Shown piece after piece: positions 20,660 through 28,536 of a DNA stretch of 64,000 bases. Every line of letters begins with the position of its first letter. Positions within the stretch are counted from its first letter, which is position 1. The position numbers were made by a program, and so were the translations under genes. The notes under the pieces are model-generated. The model ran no database searches. It was not told the origin of the DNA and saw only the letters and a program-made list of their open reading frames with translations. The stretch lies in contig JBBIRS010000002.1 in NCBI GenBank assembly GCA_037441675.1, positions 1-64,000 of the forward strand, read 5' to 3'. The DNA is from Planctomycetales bacterium (GTDB taxonomy: Bacteria > 4484-113).

Positions 20660-23375
20660 GAATAACTCCTTCTCTAAAGTAAGTTATGTTATCGCCAAGG
20701 TCAATTTCCCATTCGAGGTTGAAAAAGCCCATTGCCTCCACGCCTGCTAGCCCAAGAAGTTTTGTGTCATCACCAAAAATTGCCCAATCGGGGAAACCTG
20801 CTCCAGAGTATATTTCTATAAATCCAAAGAGACGCTTGAAAGCTTCTATGTTCTGCCCAGCTTGAAGAAGAATAAGATTATCTGGACACATGGGATTTGG
20901 GTAGACGTATTTAACAGTCAAATTTCTTCCTGGAATAACAATATCACGGTAATCGCCTTGCTGCTTAGAAACAACTTTCACGCGCACCCCATCATCCATT
21001 AACTCAATCGGAAGGTATTGAGCGATAGTTTCTGTGTAATGATTCGTCTTAGAGCTTCCCAGTAGAATCAAGTTGTAATTCTCCGCTACATCTGCTGTCA
21101 TCGATGTATCCGCTATTATTGCTGAATATCCATTTGCTCTGTACCACCAACTATGAGCGTAGAATCTTGCCAATTGAAGGTTCCAGAAAGTATCTTCTTC
21201 GGTTCCTTTAGTGCCATAAACAATCAAAAACGGACGCATAAAAGCTTGTTTCCACGGCCCGTATCGTAGCCCATGCTTTTTGCTAAAATTCACAACAACC
21301 TCATCAAGGTTAGCCTCTCGCCACTTTCCCCGCGAATCGCAAATAAGGTAATAATCGTCATCTCCATCGGGCTTCAACTTCATCGATTGACCATTTATCG
21401 TCAGTGAAATTGCGCTAGGTTCAAGAACTGCTGATTCTGGAATTACTTTAATTCCACCGATTAATGCTTCAGGTAGGTGTAAGCTTAACGCCAAGACGTT
21501 TGTTGTCTCTATCTTAAGCGCCCTTCTGCCAACAACTTCCGCTTCTACTCTTACATCCCTATATGCCCTAATTGGATTTAATATTCTTATCCAGTATGCG
21601 GAATTATTGATTGATAGATTGTGGGTGCGGAAAATTACCCTCTTGGGTAGGGGTTCGCGTTTATTCTCTAACCAAAACTTGTTAAATCCGAATCCATCCA
21701 CGCAATCAGTTCCAGGCAAATCCGGAGTATCATCCCACCAATGCCCTTTACCTCTAATCTCATCGTAAGTTACGTTGTAATTGTAACGGCGTAAGAGTTC
21801 CACAATCATTCTTGGTTGCTGTGGCGGAACGTTATCGTCCGCACCTCCCTCTAGCGCGTAGACCGGTAGATTAAGCGCATTTTCAACTAAAGCCAAAGTG
21901 TTATCTTCTCGCAAAGCAAGCTCCCAAATGAGGTTAGCCTGTGGGGCGCCCAAGGTGAGATTTCTTCTGAGGAAAGTTGGAACATATAATGGGAAGTTAG
22001 TCCAACCGGCACTGGGCGCAATTGTTGCCCATTTATCCGGATAAGTGAAGCCAAGATACCATGTCCCATGTCCTCCCATCGAATGCCCTGTGAGATGAAT
22101 GCGGTTCTCATCAATTGGGTAGCGTTTCTGAACTTCTTCCAATACCTGTAAGGTATCTAACCTTCCCCAGTCTTGCCAGTCAAAACCGAATCTTCTTCGG
22201 TTTGTGGCCGCGACCACATATGCCCAATCTTTTGGCTGATAATTGTCAATTTGACCTTCCGCTTCCACCCCAGCACCGTGAAGAGAAAGAATCAATCCAT
22301 ATTTTTTATTAGATGATAGATTTGCTGGTGGTAAAAGCGCGTAATACTGCACTGAACCATCTATTTTTGAAATGTAAACCTCCTTTCTAGATTGTGATGG
22401 CTCACGGATTCTCAATGGAATTTTTATCAAGCTTTTCCCTAGTGTATGCTCAAGCTGAATTGTAATCTCAAGCGTATTTTCTGTAAGTTTTTCTGTATCT
22501 GCCTGAGGATCAAGCCCAAGCTCAGCGACAATTTTTTGCACGGAAAAGGGAGCAATAGGAAAAGATTCAAAATTCACAGCCTTGAAGATACTTGGTCCTT
22601 GAATCCTAACACGTTCTAATTGAACCCAGTGCTGAGTGCAGTTTACAAGTGGGACGCCAATATTTATTTTGACTGGCTTCTCACCCCTAACAATATCCGG
22701 TGCGGTGATATCATTGTAAATTACAAGTAAAGGTTCATCTACAGGAAGTAACCTAAAGGTAAATGCTCCGCGGTAGGTGAAGCCAACACGCACTAAATGC
22801 CTTCCAGGCTCAAGAATTACGGGTTGTTTCCAAATGTTGTGGCCGTAAGAATCACCAGGCCAGGGAACACCTTCTAATGAAAGAGTATCCTTACCTAGCA
22901 TAAATGAACCTGCACCTTGTAGGTCTATCAAGGCGCAAATGGGCTTATCCCCTTCAATAACGAATGCGCCATAAGCGTAACCTGTATAAAGAGTTCCTGC
23001 AAATCCCCACTCATCCTTAATGAGTTCCCAATTGTTTTCTGGTATGTCTGGAAAGTTAACATTAACCGTGCCGTTATCATCTGAAAACGCATAGGTAAAA
23101 CGCGCCTCCGCACCCGGCACTAGGTAACTCGGGAAACTTCCCTGCAACAGTGCGTTTTCAAACTTTGGGGCATCAAAGTAAGCTAGAGGGTCTGTTCCAG
23201 CCTCTCTTACGCCCATTGGAAAGGGCCCGATGACTCTCCACTTCTTAACTATTATTGGCTCTTTAAGAGTTTGGGGTTCGGACAACTCTAAAGCAAAAGT
23301 TCTTACAGAGAATAAAAAGATGACAGCGCAAAATATCAAAATAGCCAAGTTTAATACGGAAGATCCTTTAAACAT
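20646..23375 (-). CDS. Secreted alpha/beta hydrolase (S9 prolyl-oligopeptidase/esterase-like)
   Basis: Signal peptide; LHGAG oxyanion motif; GHSMGG nucleophile; GADDNVP (Asp); GHWW (His). Confidence 0.85.
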   Translation of the reverse strand: MFKGSSVLNLAILIFCAVIFLFSVRTFALELSEPQTLKEPIIVKKWRVIGPFPMGVREAGTDPLAYFDAPKFENALLQGSFPSYLVPGAEARFTYAFSDDNGTVNVNFPDIPENNWELIKDEWGFAGTLYTGYAYGAFVIEGDKPICALIDLQGAGSFMLGKDTLSLEGVPWPGDSYGHNIWKQPVILEPGRHLVRVGFTYRGAFTFRLLPVDEPLLVIYNDITAPDIVRGEKPVKINIGVPLVNCTQHWVQLERVRIQGPSIFKAVNFESFPIAPFSVQKIVAELGLDPQADTEKLTENTLEITIQLEHTLGKSLIKIPLRIREPSQSRKEVYISKIDGSVQYYALLPPANLSSNKKYGLILSLHGAGVEAEGQIDNYQPKDWAYVVAATNRRRFGFDWQDWGRLDTLQVLEEVQKRYPIDENRIHLTGHSMGGHGTWYLGFTYPDKWATIAPSAGWTNFPLYVPTFLRRNLTLGAPQANLIWELALREDNTLALVENALNLPVYALEGGADDNVPPQQPRMIVELLRRYNYNVTYDEIRGKGHWWDDTPDLPGTDCVDGFGFNKFWLENKREPLPKRVIFRTHNLSINNSAYWIRILNPIRAYRDVRVEAEVVGRRALKIETTNVLALSLHLPEALIGGIKVIPESAVLEPSAISLTINGQSMKLKPDGDDDYYLICDSRGKWREANLDEVVVNFSKKHGLRYGPWKQAFMRPFLIVYGTKGTEEDTFWNLQLARFYAHSWWYRANGYSAIIADTSMTADVAENYNLILLGSSKTNHYTETIAQYLPIELMDDGVRVKVVSKQQGDYRDIVIPGRNLTVKYVYPNPMCPDNLILLQAGQNIEAFKRLFGFIEIYSGAGFPDWAIFGDDTKLLGLAGVEAMGFFNLEWEIDLGDNITYFREGVIRVHP

Positions 23376-23558
23376 TTTCCCTCTCCAATGTGTTCAGATA
23401 TTCTTTAGTCTATCAAAATTAGATTATTTGCTTAATGCTAAATTCTCAAAATGAGCAGGAAGAGAAGTTGAAGTAGAAGTTGAAGTAGAAGGATAAGTAT
23501 GCTCTCTCTGCTTTGTAAGATGCTAAAAATATCCCAAGTAAATCCAGATAATTCTATA

Positions 23559-24485
23559 TCAATTGGGCGATTTTCGGAGAATGTAAGTCTCGCTAAAACC
23601 AGCTTCTTTTAACTTGTTCTTTACCGCTTCTGCTTTCTCGTAATCGGTGAAGGTGCCATTCACTTGAATTAGAAAAATCTTCTTCTCGCCCTGGCTGCGG
23701 TCTATAGCGGTTGCGCTGAATCCAAGTTCCATTAACCTTTCGCGTGTCTGCCTTACCCTTTCCTCAACACCCCCACCCTTTTCATCATCTGATCGTATCA
23801 CGCTAGCAAAAACTAGATAGGTGAATTTTGCTTCACCATTTGCTTCTTGCTGTGCCTTTTTACTTTTGCTCTCACTAATTCCCTCGTTTACTCTTTTCTC
23901 AGAGGGAGTTTCTTTGGAGGAAGTTTCTTTTTCCTCCTTAACTCTTTCACCTGATTTAGGAGCGCTAGCCTTTACCCCGTTCTTTGCGGAGGTTTCTACG
24001 CCCTTTGCCTTCGGTGAAATTTCCTGCGTCTGAGTAGAACTTTCCACCGCTTGTGCATCACCCGCTTGCTCTACACCGGAACTTTCTTCTGTTTGTTGAG
24101 ATTCTTTTTCTTCACCAACACCAACAGGCGGTGATGCCTCACCTAGTTCTACGTGTATCTCTGGGAATGAGGGGCTAAACTCTTTTATATCTGATAGTGA
24201 AAGGAGAACTTCATCTCCCTCTGTCACAAATTTTCTCGCTTGAGTTGGAAGCGCGACGTTCTCCCGCAGTTTTACTTCTGAAGAAGCGCTTGGTAGCCTT
24301 TTCTCAAGCATATTGCTTAGAGTTACTGGCTTACTGAAAACTTTAATAAGATAAGCTATAAAGAAGGTGGAAATTCCAATAAGCAAAATCAATATCAGAA
24401 GTGAGCTTACCACGATGAAAACTCGCTCTCTTCGCCTCTTCTCCCGGTAAAACGCCGGATAATAGTCTTGCCTCTTTTGTCTCAT
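23559..24485 (-). CDS. SPOR-domain membrane protein
   Basis: Basic N-terminus, one TM helix, long S/E/K-rich linker, C-terminal GTFTDYEKAEAVKNKLKEAGF. Confidence 0.75.
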   Translation of the reverse strand: MRQKRQDYYPAFYREKRRRERVFIVVSSLLILILLIGISTFFIAYLIKVFSKPVTLSNMLEKRLPSASSEVKLRENVALPTQARKFVTEGDEVLLSLSDIKEFSPSFPEIHVELGEASPPVGVGEEKESQQTEESSGVEQAGDAQAVESSTQTQEISPKAKGVETSAKNGVKASAPKSGERVKEEKETSSKETPSEKRVNEGISESKSKKAQQEANGEAKFTYLVFASVIRSDDEKGGGVEERVRQTRERLMELGFSATAIDRSQGEKKIFLIQVNGTFTDYEKAEAVKNKLKEAGFSETYILRKSPN

Positions 24486-24577
24486 AACTTAATTATAGCT
24501 TGAGGGAATAACAAAATAAAATGCAAGTTTAAGTTTAACTCTTTTGACAATCAACATATATAATAAGAGCCTGGGGA

Positions 24578-26242
24578 GTGGAATTGGCTAAAGGTTATAT
24601 AGAATTTGTGAAGAGAATTATCCTTACAAATCTTATCGCTTTAATAATTCTTCTTGGATTAGTCGTTCCCGCAAGATCAGCGGCAAAGAAAATCCTTCCC
24701 CCCCTGAAGCTTGTTGGCACCTATCAATCTACGAGCGTATCCCCGAATAAGGAAGCCTCTTCCGCGATATACAACCAAGTTATTACTTTTGGACCACTTG
24801 ATAGAAGAATTGAGTTTTTCGGAAATACCGCCCAAACAACACTAACCTTTGAACAGAGGTATGACATTTATGAAATAGCACGCGCCCCTGGCTTTAATAG
24901 AACTGGAATTACCGCATTTGTGGGATTCCAAGATTCTTTTAATAGACTTCAACTGAAAGGAAGAATAGACGAGAAGGCAACAACTGGCAGGTTTGCCGCA
25001 GACCCCACAAAGACTGCCTTTGAGTATACCTCCGACAGAAAACTCACCGCGGTTCAATTACTGCCCCCCGCAACAATTCTTCTCGCGGATATTACATCTA
25101 GCGCTTCTAACACTGGAGCAATCGGAGCTTCTCAAGCTTCCGAGACTTTATCCGCATTTTACTCACTAGATACAACCCTTTCTGGAATGCACCTCACTCT
25201 TAACCGAACAACCAAAGAGACTAAGCGAACAATCCCCTTTAGAGCCGAAACCTCTGGTTCTAGCTCTGACTATTCATACATTCTCTGGGAATTTTTAAGG
25301 AAAAACTCCTTGGGCGAAATTTCCTCCAAGTATGAGTTTAGTGAAAACGTAACCAGCGTGTTTCCCGACAGCGCTAAACCATCCATAGCCAGGACCGAAC
25401 GGCTAAATATTAAGTTAGCCAAAGAGCTAAATAGTGCGCTTAAATTAAGTGGAACTATCATTCAGGAGAAGGATTCTCCACCCGAGGCTGAGCAGAAACA
25501 AAAATATTCCCAAAGGTTAGACTTGGATTGGAATCTACCAATTAAGGGACAATCAGGGCAAAACTCGGTTGGCTTAACACTACTCACTGTCCAGGATACC
25601 GGAGGCGGAAGAGATATAGGGACATATACTCTGGACTACCAGGTAAAGCTTTTCCCCAAAGATAATATTAGTTTGACCTTTGATGGTAGAAAAACAGATA
25701 CAACTGACTTAAAAAGAGATTTACCTGAAAAAAGCTCATCAAGCTCATCCGGGACTATTTCTTTCAAACCGAGCAATTATTTCAACGTCATAGGCAAAAT
25801 CACACAAGTTGACGAGAGAGAATTTCCGCCACTGCGCGCCGGAGGAAGTGTAACGCAAGAAACCTTCCAACTATCTATGATTATGAAAACAAAGAAGGGC
25901 TTAACTTTCAGCATGGGTGTGTCTGATTCTTCCCGCGACAATCTCACCGCAAGAAGACCGATAGGTAAATTGGAGCAGGATGTGTTTTCCACAAACGCGA
26001 CATTAAGTCTACCCATAAGGTCAAACTCCGCCCTTACCGCAAGTTACGTAAATGAATCCGGACGTATTAGGCCTGGCACTAGGACTGTGCAATCCAATTT
26101 GGTGCTTACTTTCAATATGCAACTTGCAGAAAATTTGACGTGGAGCTTCCAGCTGAATGGAATTGACAAACTTGATCGTGATAGACCGATTAACAACACG
26201 GAAAGTAGTACTCTTACCTCTACTTTTACTGTTACGTTTTAG
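24578..26242 (+). CDS. Hypothetical protein, probable outer-membrane beta-barrel
   Basis: Signal peptide, repeated alternating-hydrophobic strands, C-terminal TFTVTF. Start could be GTG 24608. Confidence 0.55.
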   Translation: MELAKGYIEFVKRIILTNLIALIILLGLVVPARSAAKKILPPLKLVGTYQSTSVSPNKEASSAIYNQVITFGPLDRRIEFFGNTAQTTLTFEQRYDIYEIARAPGFNRTGITAFVGFQDSFNRLQLKGRIDEKATTGRFAADPTKTAFEYTSDRKLTAVQLLPPATILLADITSSASNTGAIGASQASETLSAFYSLDTTLSGMHLTLNRTTKETKRTIPFRAETSGSSSDYSYILWEFLRKNSLGEISSKYEFSENVTSVFPDSAKPSIARTERLNIKLAKELNSALKLSGTIIQEKDSPPEAEQKQKYSQRLDLDWNLPIKGQSGQNSVGLTLLTVQDTGGGRDIGTYTLDYQVKLFPKDNISLTFDGRKTDTTDLKRDLPEKSSSSSSGTISFKPSNYFNVIGKITQVDEREFPPLRAGGSVTQETFQLSMIMKTKKGLTFSMGVSDSSRDNLTARRPIGKLEQDVFSTNATLSLPIRSNSALTASYVNESGRIRPGTRTVQSNLVLTFNMQLAENLTWSFQLNGIDKLDRDRPINNTESSTLTSTFTVTF

Positions 26243-26299
26243 CCTGTCAGGTTTGTCACTAAATATGGGTAAAGTAACTAGGAGAACAAGCGAAGGAAA

Positions 26300-26764
26300 A
26301 TGAAATTCATTCTTGCCAACGACCACCGTGGATACTCGCTTGCCTTGAAGCTTATGAACGAGCTCTCAAAAAGAAATATGGAACTTGAGCATCTAGGATG
26401 TTACAGTGAGGATTCTTGTGATTATCCTGATTATGCTAGATTACTGGGAGAAAAGATTGCCAGTCTAACAAATGGCAAAGGAAGTGACGAAACAAAAGTT
26501 CTTGGAATTGGAATATGCGGTAGTGGAGTTGGTATAGCAATGGCGTTAAATAAGGTAAATGGTGTACGGGCAATACCAGTTTATAATAACCACACTGCTA
26601 AGTATGCCAAAACACACAATGATGCAAATGTTGTTACTTTTTCCGCTGATCAGCAGAGTGTTGAAGAGGTTTTAGAGCTGTTAGATGTATTCTTGGAAAA
26701 TAAATTTGAAGGCGGAAGGCATCAGAGAAGAATAGATAAGATTAAGCAACTTGAGGAAAGCTAG
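26300..26764 (+). CDS. rpiB: Ribose-5-phosphate isomerase B
   Basis: NDHRG, DYPDYA, CGSGVG, HNDANV, FEGGRHQRR. Confidence 0.95.
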   Translation: MKFILANDHRGYSLALKLMNELSKRNMELEHLGCYSEDSCDYPDYARLLGEKIASLTNGKGSDETKVLGIGICGSGVGIAMALNKVNGVRAIPVYNNHTAKYAKTHNDANVVTFSADQQSVEEVLELLDVFLENKFEGGRHQRRIDKIKQLEES

Positions 26765-27656
26765 CGATAACAAAGTGTTAGAAGTCTTCTTGACGCTCCG
26801 AATTCTAGGTGATACAAGGCTTTTTGAATTGACACTTTTAGATGAAAAATGGGAACAGAAAGCGCTTCAGAAGAATGAAAATTTAATAAAGTATCTCAAA
26901 GATAGAAGAGTAATTAGAGATCCAAGAGTAGAGCATGCCTTGAGGAAAGTGCCAAGACACCATTTCCTGACAACATTCTCCACCGGATATAGAACCTATG
27001 ACCTTAGAGAGATTGATGATATTGAAGAGACACTACTCGCGACTTACGCAGATGATGCCCTAATGATTAGCTTCGGAGATTATGAAACTCCGATGGCAAG
27101 CATTAGTCAGCCAAGCGTCGTTGTTGAAATGCTTGAGGCACTTGAGCTTAAGGAAGGGCAAAGGGTTCTGGAGATTGGAACTGGAACTGGGTGGAATGCC
27201 GCACTATTAGCCTCAATAGTTGGTATAAAGGGCAGGGTTTACACAATGGAGATTAGCGAAGAATTAGCTCAAAGCGCTAGGGAAAGATTTTTAGCTTATG
27301 AAATGTTGGAGGTTATAAATTTAATCGTAGGAGACGGAAGGTTTGGATATGAAGAAGGTTCACCTTATGAAAGAATTATCTGCACAGCGGGAACTGACTT
27401 TCTCTACGTAGCATGGATTGAGCAAATTTGTCCCGGTGGAATTATGGTTGTTCCAACCAACGGCTCGCACGATTACTGCCCGATGCTAAAAATCATCCGC
27501 GAGAAGGAATATCTAATTGTGAAAAATCTATCTCTTGCCCGATTCGTACCACTTATACCAAAGAGGAGTGCTGAATTTGAGCCTGAAGGAATCCCAATAG
27601 CGAAGTTGATAGAAGTCGCAGAAAAACGCAATGGCACTTATAGATTAACTACTTGA
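26751..27656 (+). CDS. pcm: Protein-L-isoaspartate O-methyltransferase
   Basis: VPRHHF, SISQPS, LEIGTGTGWNAA, GDGRFG, RFVPL. Start uncertain. Confidence 0.88.
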   Translation: MRKASDNKVLEVFLTLRILGDTRLFELTLLDEKWEQKALQKNENLIKYLKDRRVIRDPRVEHALRKVPRHHFLTTFSTGYRTYDLREIDDIEETLLATYADDALMISFGDYETPMASISQPSVVVEMLEALELKEGQRVLEIGTGTGWNAALLASIVGIKGRVYTMEISEELAQSARERFLAYEMLEVINLIVGDGRFGYEEGSPYERIICTAGTDFLYVAWIEQICPGGIMVVPTNGSHDYCPMLKIIREKEYLIVKNLSLARFVPLIPKRSAEFEPEGIPIAKLIEVAEKRNGTYRLTT

Positions 27657-27730
27657 ACAGAACTACGCGCAGAATGCGCCAAGTGAACTATCTCGCGAAA
27701 ATAGAACGAGTAATTTCAGCTTTAAGTCTA

Positions 27731-28402
27731 TTACTTTCCCGGAGGAGCAGGAGGGGTTTTGCCGGGCCCACTCGGCGGCTGATTACCTTGACCGTGTGGT
27801 GGCGGAGGTGTTGGGCTTGTCCCTCCCGGTGGTTGTGGGGGCTGTCCTGGTGTTGGAGGGGGTCCACCAGGGGGCGCCATTCCCCCAGGTGACGTTCCAC
27901 TCGGCAATTCAGCGCCTTGACGACCAAGCCTTTCACCGGCTCCGCGTGCCTCTTCCCTTCTTCCACCAAATGGCGTGAATTCTCCTTGTCCCGGTCTCTG
28001 AAAACTTGGCGTCGAGCGGGAAATAAATGGGCGAGGCGGTGCACGACGAACATAGACACTAACGATAAGTGCCGAAATTAATAACAACCAAGCTAAACAT
28101 AGACAGGCTTTATGTAAAGAAAACCAACCTCCGTACTCAACTTCAAGTGGCCAATCGTTATTTAGGATCAACGAACGTGCCATTTTGCCTAATGCCATCG
28201 CCCCAAAGAGCGTGGACAATCCAAGTAGCGCAAACGCAACTAGAAACAACCATATAGCATAGAAGTTAATGCTCCTGAACTGATAAGTGAAAAAGTAGAG
28301 AGCACCTACTGATAAAATTGACGATAAAATCAGGTTAGCAATAATTAGCTTAACGCGAAGCATATGCCCTTTTGCTTTTGGGCTAAATTGAGTACCTTCC
28401 AT
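27731..28402 (-). CDS. Hypothetical membrane protein with Pro/Gly/Gln-rich tail
   Basis: Three hydrophobic segments, then a PPGGPPPTPGQPPQPP low-complexity tail; GGAGG SD upstream. Confidence 0.7.
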   Translation of the reverse strand: MEGTQFSPKAKGHMLRVKLIIANLILSSILSVGALYFFTYQFRSINFYAIWLFLVAFALLGLSTLFGAMALGKMARSLILNNDWPLEVEYGGWFSLHKACLCLAWLLLISALIVSVYVRRAPPRPFISRSTPSFQRPGQGEFTPFGGRREEARGAGERLGRQGAELPSGTSPGGMAPPGGPPPTPGQPPQPPGGTSPTPPPPHGQGNQPPSGPGKTPPAPPGK

Positions 28403-28454
28403 TTGTAATACCCTCCGTGGATTAGAATTTTAGAACTTACTATATGACGATTAA

Positions 28455-28488
28455 ATTGTATAACAAGTTCATTGTATAACAAGCTCAT
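28455..28488. repeat. 16-bp tandem repeat, each unit containing TTGT-ATA-ACAA
   Basis: ATTGTATAACAAGTTC followed by ATTGTATAACAAGCTC. Confidence 0.75.
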
Positions 28489-28536
28489 ACTTAACCTTGA
28501 AATAGAACAACGCAAGGGAGAACATTTTCCGACTAC

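Noticed and set aside
23463..23491. AGAAGTTGAAGT tandem repeat
   Set aside because: About 2.4 copies of a low-complexity unit; probably slippage. No spacers, so not CRISPR.
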